Shown one piece after another: positions 53,732 through 63,194 of a stretch of DNA of 64,000 nucleotides. The position numbers and the translations under genes were made by a program. The stretch lies in contig JAMDHS010000077.1 in NCBI GenBank assembly GCA_029717555.1, positions 1-64,000 on the forward strand. Reading direction: 5' to 3'. Under the pieces are notes generated by a model. That model ran no database searches and was not told the DNA's origin. It saw nothing but the letters and a program-made list of their open reading frames with translations. Source of the DNA: Peribolospora baueri (lineage: Eukaryota). The number at the start of each line of letters is the position of its first letter. The stretch's first letter is position 1.

Positions 53732-54765
53732 TGTAACAGAATGAGGTATGTGCAAAAGGTGGTTCCTCCAAGACGAGCGCCCGGCGGCGGGAAGATGACT
53801 ACCGTACAGGCGATTCCCACGGTGTCGGCCACGTGGCCAAGGTGATCGGGTCACCCACACCGTTACATGCCCCGTCCGGAAGAGGCGATCGTCCCGGAGA
53901 GCGGAAAGGGAAAAGAAAAATGGGGAAGAGGAGTAAAAAGAAAAGAAGGGAAGGAAACAGGGTAGAGATGAGGGAATGTGGAAATGAATGGGGTAAAATA
54001 TGGCAATGAAACTGAGTTGGGAAGAGGGTCATAGGGGGCCGGCGGCGAGACGGCGGCGGCGTGCGCCTGGGCCGAGGTAGACGGAAGACCCGAGAGAGCA
54101 CGTCTTCCAGCGTTTCTTCCAGGCGTGAAAGGCAAGGGGAGGGAAAGAGAGCGACGGCCGAGTGGAGTAGGGAAGGAGAGCCGCGTCGCCGAAGGAGTGG
54201 GCGAATGAAGTCGGAGTGGTCCTCGTCGCTCGCGGCAAGGACCTCGACGACGTTAGCTTGGCCTCGATGAGCGCGTCCTGCGCAGTGTGAGGCGAGGGCA
54301 AGTTGCCAAGAGGGGAGGGGGGAGGAGGGCAGTCCGAGTCGGAGTCGAGGGCGAGGGCCGAGGCGCAAGGATTTGCCTCGATGGATGCGTTCCGCGCAGC
54401 GTGAGCGGGGGTGAGATCGGCGGCGGCGGAGACGCAAGAATTTGCGGTGATGGCTGCGTCTTGCGCAGCGTGAGGCGAAGGCGACGCAGCCACTTCGAGG
54501 ACGGCGTCTTGCGCCGCGTGAACAGCGGCAGTTTCGCGGGAACGTCCCTGTTCGAGGCGTCGCCGCTCGCGCTTTGCCTCGAGTAGTGCGGCCTGCGCAG
54601 CGCGAGCATCGGCGGTCCGGGGATGACGACGAAGCTCTCGAACTAGACGTCGTTCGAGACGTTGCAGCTCGCGGTCGCGAAGGCAGCTGCGAGGACCTCC
54701 TCGATGGCCTGCTCGAGCCGTGCCATAGCGCGACGACGCTCCCGTTCTAGAAGCAACTGCTTTCT
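53732..54765 (-). mobile_element. Possible 5'-truncated LTR-retroelement remnant
   Basis: A 136-bp segment bounded by TGTAAC...GTTACA (53732-53867) is preceded on the minus strand by a purine-rich GGACGGGGCA and a frameshifted GC-rich ORF fragment. No target-site duplication or RT motifs were seen. Confidence 0.3.
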
Positions 54766-54766
54766 C

Positions 54767-55496
54767 CGAGCAAGTAAAGCCAATCCTGAGTCCCGCCCAC
54801 TCACTTTCGAAACTCTTGAAGTTCAGCCAGATCCCGCTCTTTCTTCTTCCTCTCGCTCTCCATCTTCTCCCTCATCACGTCGTCTAAGAACTTGCTCTCT
54901 TCCTCATCCAGACCGCGCCATTGGTTGCCTATGAGACGCGGAGATTTGTAAAAAAAATTCGGCATGAGGAATAAAATATTTCGATTTGCTAGGCATGCAA
55001 TTGATCTGAGATTTGGACCCACTGAATCTCGTCATCTCCTCGAACTCGGCCTGTTTCCTATCCTTGTGCTCCTGGAAACGCTGTAAACCGGTACGGACGG
55101 AAAGATTAGCGAAGTTGCAATTGTGATTGAGCTGAATACAAAGGCGGAGTAGATATCTCACTTCGAAGAGCGAGCGTCCATCGTAGTCACCATCAGTCGC
55201 TTCTCGTGCCGGTGGCTCTTGACCCAACCTGGCCGTACGGAGGAGAGGGTCAGTTGCCAGTTCAACGCAGCCCTTCATGAAAAGTTCTTTTAACCCCCAA
55301 AAATGATAAATACCACCATCAAAAACGCTATCGTGGCCTCTTTCTCCTCTAATCGCTCGGACGCTCACCGCTCATAAAGCCACCCTATAATCAGCCTCTC
55401 TCCGAGCCCTCGCCTCCTCGAGCGATTCCTGGCTCACGAAGCGCGAGCCCACCGACCCAGCTTTTGCGGCGAGCCGCGCGCCGATGGTAGGTCCAT
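54767..55496 (-). pseudogene. FAM192A/Fyv6 (NIP30)-like pseudogene, duplicate of 60927-62265
   Basis: Aligns exon for exon with the intact copy. It carries a 1-nt deletion after about codon 7 (leading to TGA), a 1-nt insertion at GCTTTATGAG, and lacks the last exon. Confidence 0.8.
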
Positions 55497-55779
55497 TTCT
55501 GGATTCAGATCGTGTTGGTAGGACTTGGGAGCCTGTCTTGCAACGGCGACTAGTGCATCGAGGTTGGTTGGATGGGAAGGAGGAGGGTAGAATGCCCGAC
55601 GCCTGGGCTTCGCTCAGATCACTGGAGCGAACTAGGGCCGAGGCGAGCACGTGATGTGATGTATTGCGTCGGGCTCCCTGCGTTATCTCGTTGCTGCTCC
55701 TCATCTCTCTCTTTTCCTCCACGCACGACGAGCCGCCAGTCTTCGTCTCTTTGTGTGTTTCTCTTCTTTCTGGGGCCTA

Positions 55780-56407
55780 ACCCTTGCAGAAACCCTCCAC
55801 TGCCTCGGTGATCTCCTTCTATACAAAGGGACGATCTACGTCCCGGACTCGGAGCCCATCAAGGTCGACCTCTTCTAAGGAAAATGGTGCGAGACTGACT
55901 CCATCGATGGTGGACGTGGGAAGACTGGGTCACGGTGGTACGGCAGGAGTTCTTGGACGGTGGCACCTTGATCCATGGTGGCGCGGATTCGATCGGCGAT
56001 GTCAGAGGGCGGTGAGAAGGGGCTGAGGCTGACAAGGGCGGGAGGAGGGTCTCTGCATTGGGAGGGATCCGTCCAGTTGGTCCTCGCGATGTTCGGGCGA
56101 ATGCGGCAGCCGAGCGAGGAGGGCGACAGCTGGCCGAATTTGAAATATGACTTGCTCCTGTAGCTCCCCGGCTCTGCAACTGAACGTCGGAGTGAGCTCT
56201 TGGGATAGGGCCGGATTGAGTGCCCTGCCTGCCAGCCGGCAAAACCCCGCTTCGTCGACTTTGACCTGACAGGGCCAGAGCCGGTATAGAGGTGATCGTG
56301 GAGGGAAGAACGATCTCATCGGCGGGACGGATTAAATTTTTGAAAACAGAAGACGCAGTTGCTACAATTGACTGGAGGATAAGGAGGCGCGAGGGGACTG
56401 ATGCCAT
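55780..56407 (-). pseudogene. Putative degenerate HD2 (bW/Sxi2-type) remnant, divergent from HD1
   Basis: ATG lies 290 bp from the HD1 ATG, head-to-head. MASVPSRLLILQSIVATASSVF...IPALAL shifts frame to ...LNPALSQELTPTFSCRAGELQEQVIFQIRPAVALLARLP, followed by stops. No homeobox is visible. Confidence 0.4.
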
Positions 56408-56697
56408 GGAGCTCTCAGCCTCTCAGGATGGCTGTTGGTTTGAAGACGAGGCTACGTACCGTCCATGTATATTTATGGCCATCACCACGTCGAGACCGAT
56501 CGAGGGACGACGGCGCCATTGTGTCCTATACGCGCCGTTCGCCACGTGGTCTCCATTGTTCTCTGCACGTCCGACGCCGCCAACCACATATTGATCCTTC
56601 AATCCCTCGTAGACAGCCCAGTTTAAGAGGGTTAGAAAAGGCGAAATGGATGCCACGGTTCCCTCCCACCTTTATCATCTCTACGTCCACCTTCAGC

Positions 56698-57774
56698 ATG
56701 CTCCACGGCGCGGATCTTCACAGAGCTCTACTTTCTGTGGAGGCTCAATTTTTCGACTCCTCGAACGATTTGGATCTTGCAGTCTTCGTCAAACGCTGGT
56801 CGCAGCTCGCCTCCTCAGTTGCAGCCTGTATAAGCAAGGGAAGCCTCAACTCTGACACTGTACGGCTGGTTTTCCTAGTGGCCTCGCGTATTCGCATCAT
56901 AACCGAGGAGCTTCTTGCCTTCGAACAAGATGCTGAGGAGATAGAGCAAGGCGTTTTCAACAAAGTTCGCAGCATAGTGACCACATCCGCACCTTCTGAA
57001 ATACAGCCTTGCTCCTCTCTTCAGCCTTCAGAACAGCCATCGAAGCCAGGAGCCAAGCGAAAGCGGACGACCGCCGAGAGGGAGGCCGACTACTTCGACA
57101 CGCGCGCCCTCCGGGATTGGTTCCGGTCGCACCTTGACTATCCCTTCCCGACGAAGCAACGGAAGCAGGAACTAACAAAAGTATGGAGAACGTCAAGGCG
57201 GACGAAGATCAGGGGCGCGCCAGCGCCGCCGTTTCCGCTACCTCCGGAGGTGTTCAAGGACTTGACGTCCCACCAGGTCAGCCTATGGTTCAAGAACGCG
57301 CGTCGAAGGAGCGGCTGGACGGACTTCCAGCGCGAGTACGCCCCCGACGAGCGCAACAAGAAGGACACCACGCAGCTTGCACGCGTTCTCTTCCAACTTG
57401 GCTGGGAGGGTCGAGAAGACCTTAGGGCCAGTGACCTTCCACCACCAAAGGAACCGCTCTCGGAGCCATCGAAAGAGTGCCGCAGGCTCTACCTGGAGAT
57501 GCGCACCTACCTCAGCTGCGCCTCCTCCGAGCGCGTCCGACCATGGGTCGTCTTCGTCGTCGAGCGGCACTACCAGCGCATTGAGATGATGAAGCGGGGA
57601 GAGCTGGAATGTGTTAAGAGAATTGGATGGCGGAAACCACTGACTCTGGAGCAGATACAAGAAGAGGAACGGCTGAGAGTCGAGAGGAGGAGAGCCCAAA
57701 AACGCAAGGCCAAGCGGAGGATGAAAGAGAAGGCAGAGGAAGAGAAGGTCGGCAAGGAGATGACGATGGCATGA
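56698..57774 (+). CDS. HD1-class mating-type homeodomain transcription factor (bE/Sxi1-like)
   Basis: N-terminal dimerisation-type region (LLSVEAQFF...FVKRWSQL...TVRLVFLVASRIRII); TALE homeodomain LRDWFRSHLDYPFPTKQRKQEL...QVSLWFKNARRRSGW; basic NLS-like tail. An alternative ATG lies at 56650. Confidence 0.85.
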   Translation: MLHGADLHRALLSVEAQFFDSSNDLDLAVFVKRWSQLASSVAACISKGSLNSDTVRLVFLVASRIRIITEELLAFEQDAEEIEQGVFNKVRSIVTTSAPSEIQPCSSLQPSEQPSKPGAKRKRTTAEREADYFDTRALRDWFRSHLDYPFPTKQRKQELTKVWRTSRRTKIRGAPAPPFPLPPEVFKDLTSHQVSLWFKNARRRSGWTDFQREYAPDERNKKDTTQLARVLFQLGWEGREDLRASDLPPPKEPLSEPSKECRRLYLEMRTYLSCASSERVRPWVVFVVERHYQRIEMMKRGELECVKRIGWRKPLTLEQIQEEERLRVERRRAQKRKAKRRMKEKAEEEKVGKEMTMA

Positions 57775-58140
57775 ACGGAACGGGAAAGGGAATCGGAAGG
57801 TGCCGAGCAAGACGAAGAAGAGGAAACTCCTCGCCGACGACGACGAGATCCCCGTTTCCCTTGTCAGCCGTGACATGGCCCTATCACGGTAGGGTTATCT
57901 CTAGTGTATATACAGCCCTTCTCGCCCTGCTCGGATGAGGGAGGAGAGTCCTTCCTTCTTCCTTCAGCGTAAAACTGCTACAAGGTGATCCTATCAAGCT
58001 ATGTAAAGCAGTCGGCCATAAAATAAGCAAATTCGAAAACAGGTTAAGTCCAGCACACCCTGGTGATCCACGGACAGAGCAACGCCTGCAAAGGAAGAGT
58101 CTGTAGCTACAGGAGGCGCCCCAAAATTTTCGAGGTTGAG

Positions 58141-59584
58141 TTAGGAAAGATGAGTGGCCTGAAGGCGTTCGGCAGTTATGGGAATTCGTGAACTTGCGGA
58201 CAATTCAGAGCAAGCAACCAATCCTTTTTCAACGGCGTCATAAGAGTCGGCTGGAGCTCTTGAAGAGAGAGCGACCGGCAAGAAGTCCGGAAGCTCGATT
58301 CGAGTTGATACCGCGCTGTAGGCCAGTTCACATAAATCAGAAAATGCAAGTGCAGACATTACTAAACTCAACCTCTCACCCTGAATTTCCTTCCTGAGTA
58401 GAAGTTCTTTCTTTCGTAGAAGCTTCATCGTGGGAGGAGGGCCTCTCTTGAGACAAATTTCCACCTTGCGAAGAATTCCCTCCTTTGGAGCTCATCGATG
58501 TAGGCTTACGCGTGATACCAAGTAGGGCCAACACACGCATGTAGTCCCGTATAGCCTCTTTCGTGAAGCCAAAAAAAACGAAAAACAAGAAGCCAGCAAT
58601 GACTCCAGTCCAGCGGCCAAGTTCGAGTTGAAGGCGAGATTTCGGGTCGGTTTCAGCTAGGTTGTACTGATACGTAGCGTTGAAGTCAAGGTGAACCCAG
58701 TCCCAGTTAATGTAAGGCTGAAGTGGCAAAGTAGTCGCGTTGGAGGCGAAGATGAAGACATTGATGGGTAGGCCAACCAGTAGCTCCGTGAGCGATAGTG
58801 CCATGAGACGCACGTAGTGGTCAGGAGTGAAGCTGCTGTGAGAAGAGTTCAGAACCTCCACGAAGTCCCGCCGTGCCTTGATAAAGTACGAAAAGGCAAG
58901 TACTGGAAGAAAGTTGTAAAGAAGTTTCAGTGCACTTCTTGAGTAAATGTCTCCCGCGCCACGAGCATGCTCACAGTCGAAAACAACAGTAACAAGGCTG
59001 AGAATTATGCCCCAGATCTGCCCCAGAAAGATTGCGGCCCAACTCCAGTATATCGGCGGATCCGGGCCGAAGTCAGAGATGATGTTCATGCGATGACCTT
59101 GAACGACGATGTGGAGAGCCATCATGAGGAAGGGAATGCCCAAACCGATGCTGAGGTCAATGATGAGGTCGCGTTGACGATCCTTTTTGGTGGACCAGAC
59201 AGTACGTTGACCTCCGAAAGCTTCCAATTGCCGCGCAATGCATAGGTTCGCCGCCGGGAAGCCTACACCCGCAGCATAGATGATCTTCACGGCTGTGAGA
59301 GCAGGGAAACAAGGGGAAGTAAGCATGGTGTAACCTGGAAGACATCATATGTAACGTCGCAACATACCAATATCGCACCATATCGGAGAGTGAATGTCGA
59401 GGTTCCCAGCCCAGACGATACTGTTGACGCAAAGGATCAAGTTGACGATCGAGACCCAAAAGATCAAGATAAAAACACCAGGGTTCCGCTTCGACCAATG
59501 CCAGCGGATACAGACGAGCACTAAAACGACAGAGATCAGGGAACAGGCACTGAAGGCGCGAGCAACCTGATCATAGGATGACAT
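58141..59584 (-). CDS. STE3: STE3-type pheromone receptor (7TM GPCR), 4 exons
   Basis: WHWSKRNPGV, NSIVWAGN...PIWCDI, LCIARQL, DLSIGLGIP...HIVVQGHR, YVRLMALS, WDWVHLDF and FFVFFGFTKEA. A final intron at ~58379-58317 joins the last exon AVSTRIELP...ATHLS*. Confidence 0.95.
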
Positions 59585-60926
59585 CGTAGATGCCAGAGGA
59601 GATGATGAACGAGCTTAATGAGTAAGTCAGAGTTAGAACGGGGCGAGGAATGGACGCTCGCGCAAGGAAGCAAGCGTGGAGGAGGGGAAGGGGTGGTTCT
59701 GCAAGGACAAACGATAGAACTCGAAGGCGGCCGCCTTTTATCTACAACGGGTTTTTCGAGGACGAGCGTAAAAAGCGCACATAGCCCTTCCACGGGCACC
59801 CGCCCCGGTGGCGGAGCAGGGTTGAGTAACAAAGAGCGACAAGGTATTTACAAGACACCTAGTGCTATGTCCAACGAAGCAGAGGATACTCGTCCTTGCA
59901 AAACTTGACTGTTGGTGTTGTGAGGACCGACGTTGTCAGCTATTATCCTGCTGTTTGTGTACAGTAGCTTGTGAAGGCCGAGGGTGGCGTCGGTCGTCTG
60001 CGCGAATAAGATTCAAAAAGGTTCCATCATGGTTTATCTCCATTGTTCCGAACAATAGTTTACGTAGTAGATTGCTCACGCGCTGACTATTAGGTAAAGC
60101 ACACGGCCATTGTATTCGCAGGTCCTGTGTGTTCGTCGACTCGTTAAAGTACTGTAACACCTTGTATGCGCGACACACAATAAATGTACCCCGACAAGAT
60201 GGGTAGCGGGATGCGTATGCGCTGCCGGTAGTGGGCACGTTGGCCGATGGGTCACACGCTCTACACCGTCCTGTGCCATTGTCCTCTGTCTGGGCCACCA
60301 CCCGATCACATGCGCCTGCCGAACGCCAAGAGAGCAGATCACCGCGAGGGCCGCAACTGTAGACGTCGACTATGTCAGGTCCCGCATAGCCCGTGCTCTT
60401 AAGTTGGTACTTTCCGTGTCAAATCTCTTGAACCAATATACACGAAAGATGCCGGTGTCCAGTACATATGGCTAGTCAGCTTTCTAGCCATCGACCCTGT
60501 CCCACAAGCGGCACCAGCAGCGCAGTGCAAGATGATTTGATTAGATTAGGCAGGGTGGATATTGTTTAATCCGCGCCTTCTCATTCCGCAGAACATGACA
60601 ATATGGCCGTTACGGAAGGTCAAGAGCAACTAGTGACAGTCGGTAGTCCTGGTTAAGGATTAGCAATATCCAAATGAGTCAGACAAGTATATCAACACTG
60701 TGTGTTTCGGCTAATCAGCACATCCTTTCCGCTCTCATTGAATATCGTCAAAGTTATTCTTCGAATTCAGATGTTAGTGAGCGTATACCGTCACGTTTCA
60801 ACCTGCCAGCGCTCGAAAGCCCGGATCGCCAGCATTGAGGTGAGCTGCCTGTTTTCGGCTGCTCACCTTCAGACCTGTGCTTAATTCGTCACTGCATTCA
60901 AAATACCTGACAGATGAATCGGTCCC

Positions 60927-62265
60927 TCAACCGCCATCTTCGACTTTCCTCCGCTTAGCCGTAGTGTCCTTCTGGGAGGCTGACGTCGCCTCCGTTGTTC
61001 GATTGTCTTTGCTTCCTGATGGGTGTGACGACTTCCCCACCTCATCATCCTTTGCGTTCTTCGCAGAATTTGCTTTCTTCCCTTCCGACTCTGGTTCTGG
61101 TTTGGGCCGTTTGTTGGAGGAAGCAGTGGGTGCTTCTTCTGCCTTGGCCTTGGCCGCGACCGTCGCCTTCGCAGGACCAGTCACAGTAGCAGGAACCTTC
61201 TTCACAACGCCGAGCATGGCCAATCGGTCCTTATTGCCCTTCTTCTTCTTCTTTGGCGGTGCGGTCGCACTTCCGCTTCCGGGCAAAGGCAGATTTTGTT
61301 GCTTCGAGGAAGACGGGAAAGTGGATGCTGCGGAGGGTCTGCTGTTGTTGGGAGATATGGAGGCCCACGTCGACGGGGGGGAGGTACGGCCGGCGCCGGA
61401 GAGGAGCTCGATGGGATCGGTCGACGGTCGTTCTTGTGCTGCTTGCGCTCTGCGGTCATAGTTTTACAGACAAACGAGAGAATGGCCGAACAGACCGTAA
61501 GCGACAAAGGTATTTCAAATAGACTGCTCCCTGCGAGCAAGCCAAACCGATTCTAAGTCCAGCCCACTCACTTTCGAAACTCCTGAAGTTCGGCCAAATC
61601 TCGCTCTTTCTTTTTCCTCTCGCCCTCCATCTTCTCCCTCATCACATCGTCTAGGAACTTGCTCTCCTCCTCGTCCAACCCTCGCCATTGGTTGCCTGTG
61701 AGACACAAGGAATCGCAAAAAATTCATAATAAGGAAAATTACATGTTATTGTGTGTTATGCATGCAAATCATATGCGACCTAGACTCACTGAACCTCGTC
61801 ATCTCCTCAAACTCGGTCTGTTTCCTGTCCTTGTGCTCTTGGAGACGCTGCGAACCGATACGAAAGCAAAGCTCAGTGGAGTTGTAATTGTGGCTGCCCC
61901 AAGAGGCAATTACGAAGGAGGATTAGGTCGCTCACTTCGAAGAGCGAGCGTCCATCGTAGTCGTCATCGGCCGCTTCTCGTGGCGGTGGCTCTTGACCCA
62001 ACCTGGTCGTAGGGAGGAGAGGTCAGTTGCCAGGCCGCACGCAAGCCTCTCAGAAACTTACGCCGAGAAAAAGCTCGAAGCTATCCTATGAAACGGCATC
62101 TCGGGCTTTTTCTCGTTCTACTTTTTCTAATGCTCACCGCTGATAAGCTGCCTTATAGTCAGCCTCTCTCCGAGCCCTCGCCTCGTCAAGTGAGTTCTGG
62201 CTCACGAAGCGAGAGCCCACCGACCCGGCTTTTGCGGCAAGCGCACGCGCCGAAGGTAGGTCCAT
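60927..62265 (-). CDS. FAM192A/Fyv6/PSME3IP1 (NIP30)-like nuclear protein, intact copy
   Basis: MDLPSARALAAKAGSVGSRFVSQNSLDEARARREADYKAAYQR / LGQEPP...YDGRSLFE / LQEHKDRKQTEFEE / NQWRGLDEEESKFLDDV, followed by a Lys-rich tail. Confidence 0.85.
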
Positions 62266-63194
62266 TTCGGAACTCAAATTCTGTCTGGAGGTTTATGAAC
62301 CGCTTTGCAACGGCAACTGGTGCGTCGAAGGTTGGTTGAAAGGTAAGGAAGGGAGTGGAATGCTTGAGGCCGGGGCTTCGCTCAGATCAACTGGGAGCGG
62401 ACAAGGGCGGAGCAAAGCGGTCTGGGCTGCGGTAGGCCGCGTTTTCATGGCCTTTACGTACGCTCAGACGGATCTCGCACTGCGTTTGTGCGTCGGCATC
62501 GATTGCCTTTGTCGGCCCTCTCTTTTCAAATGAGACAATGTTCGAGTACTGATGAGGCTAGCGTACAAGTGTCAGTTAGGAAAATACTGTATCACTAAGA
62601 TTGTGCCTACGTATTTGGCGTGCGAGCAAGCGATGCGGTGGAATGGAGATGCGAGGGTGACAGGGGCCTGTCAGTAGAGCCTGAACGTGAAAGGAAGACG
62701 CCAAAGGGATGTGCACAAATTCGAAAAGGATGGAAAGACGAGAAGCCGTGCTAACTAGCGCTTAAAGTCAAAAGGGAATCCACGCAAGACTGATTAAGCA
62801 ATCCACCGTCAGAAATTTCTGTCAAGCGGTGCCCGTCCGCTCGCCACAATTGAAAGGCGAAAAGGACAGCTCGCAAAGAGTCTCGGCCCCGATGGTGGTA
62901 GGTGAAGGGTTATGCAGTGGCTCCGATTCGGTTGGAGCCAACGGAACGTCCAGGGGATGTCGGGAATGGATCGCCATGGACGAGGTGGTACCGAATGTAG
63001 ACTCAACTGAAGGGCGGGGCAAGTCGATAGCAGGCTGTAAGTGACGGCCGAGCAGGATCGTCCGGCTGCGGCGCAGAGTTCTTCGGAATAGGCGACACGT
63101 TACGAGTGTCGCCAAGAAAACGAGATGACAGAGAATCTTGGACGCCGCCTTTGCGATCCTCAGACGGGTCACCGGGAACTCCTTCAAAGAAGGC

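Noticed and set aside
55823..55831. Exact Ustilago PRE sequence ACAAAGGGA
   Set aside because: It is a single occurrence inside the putative HD2 remnant, ~870 bp from HD1, and is compatible with chance.
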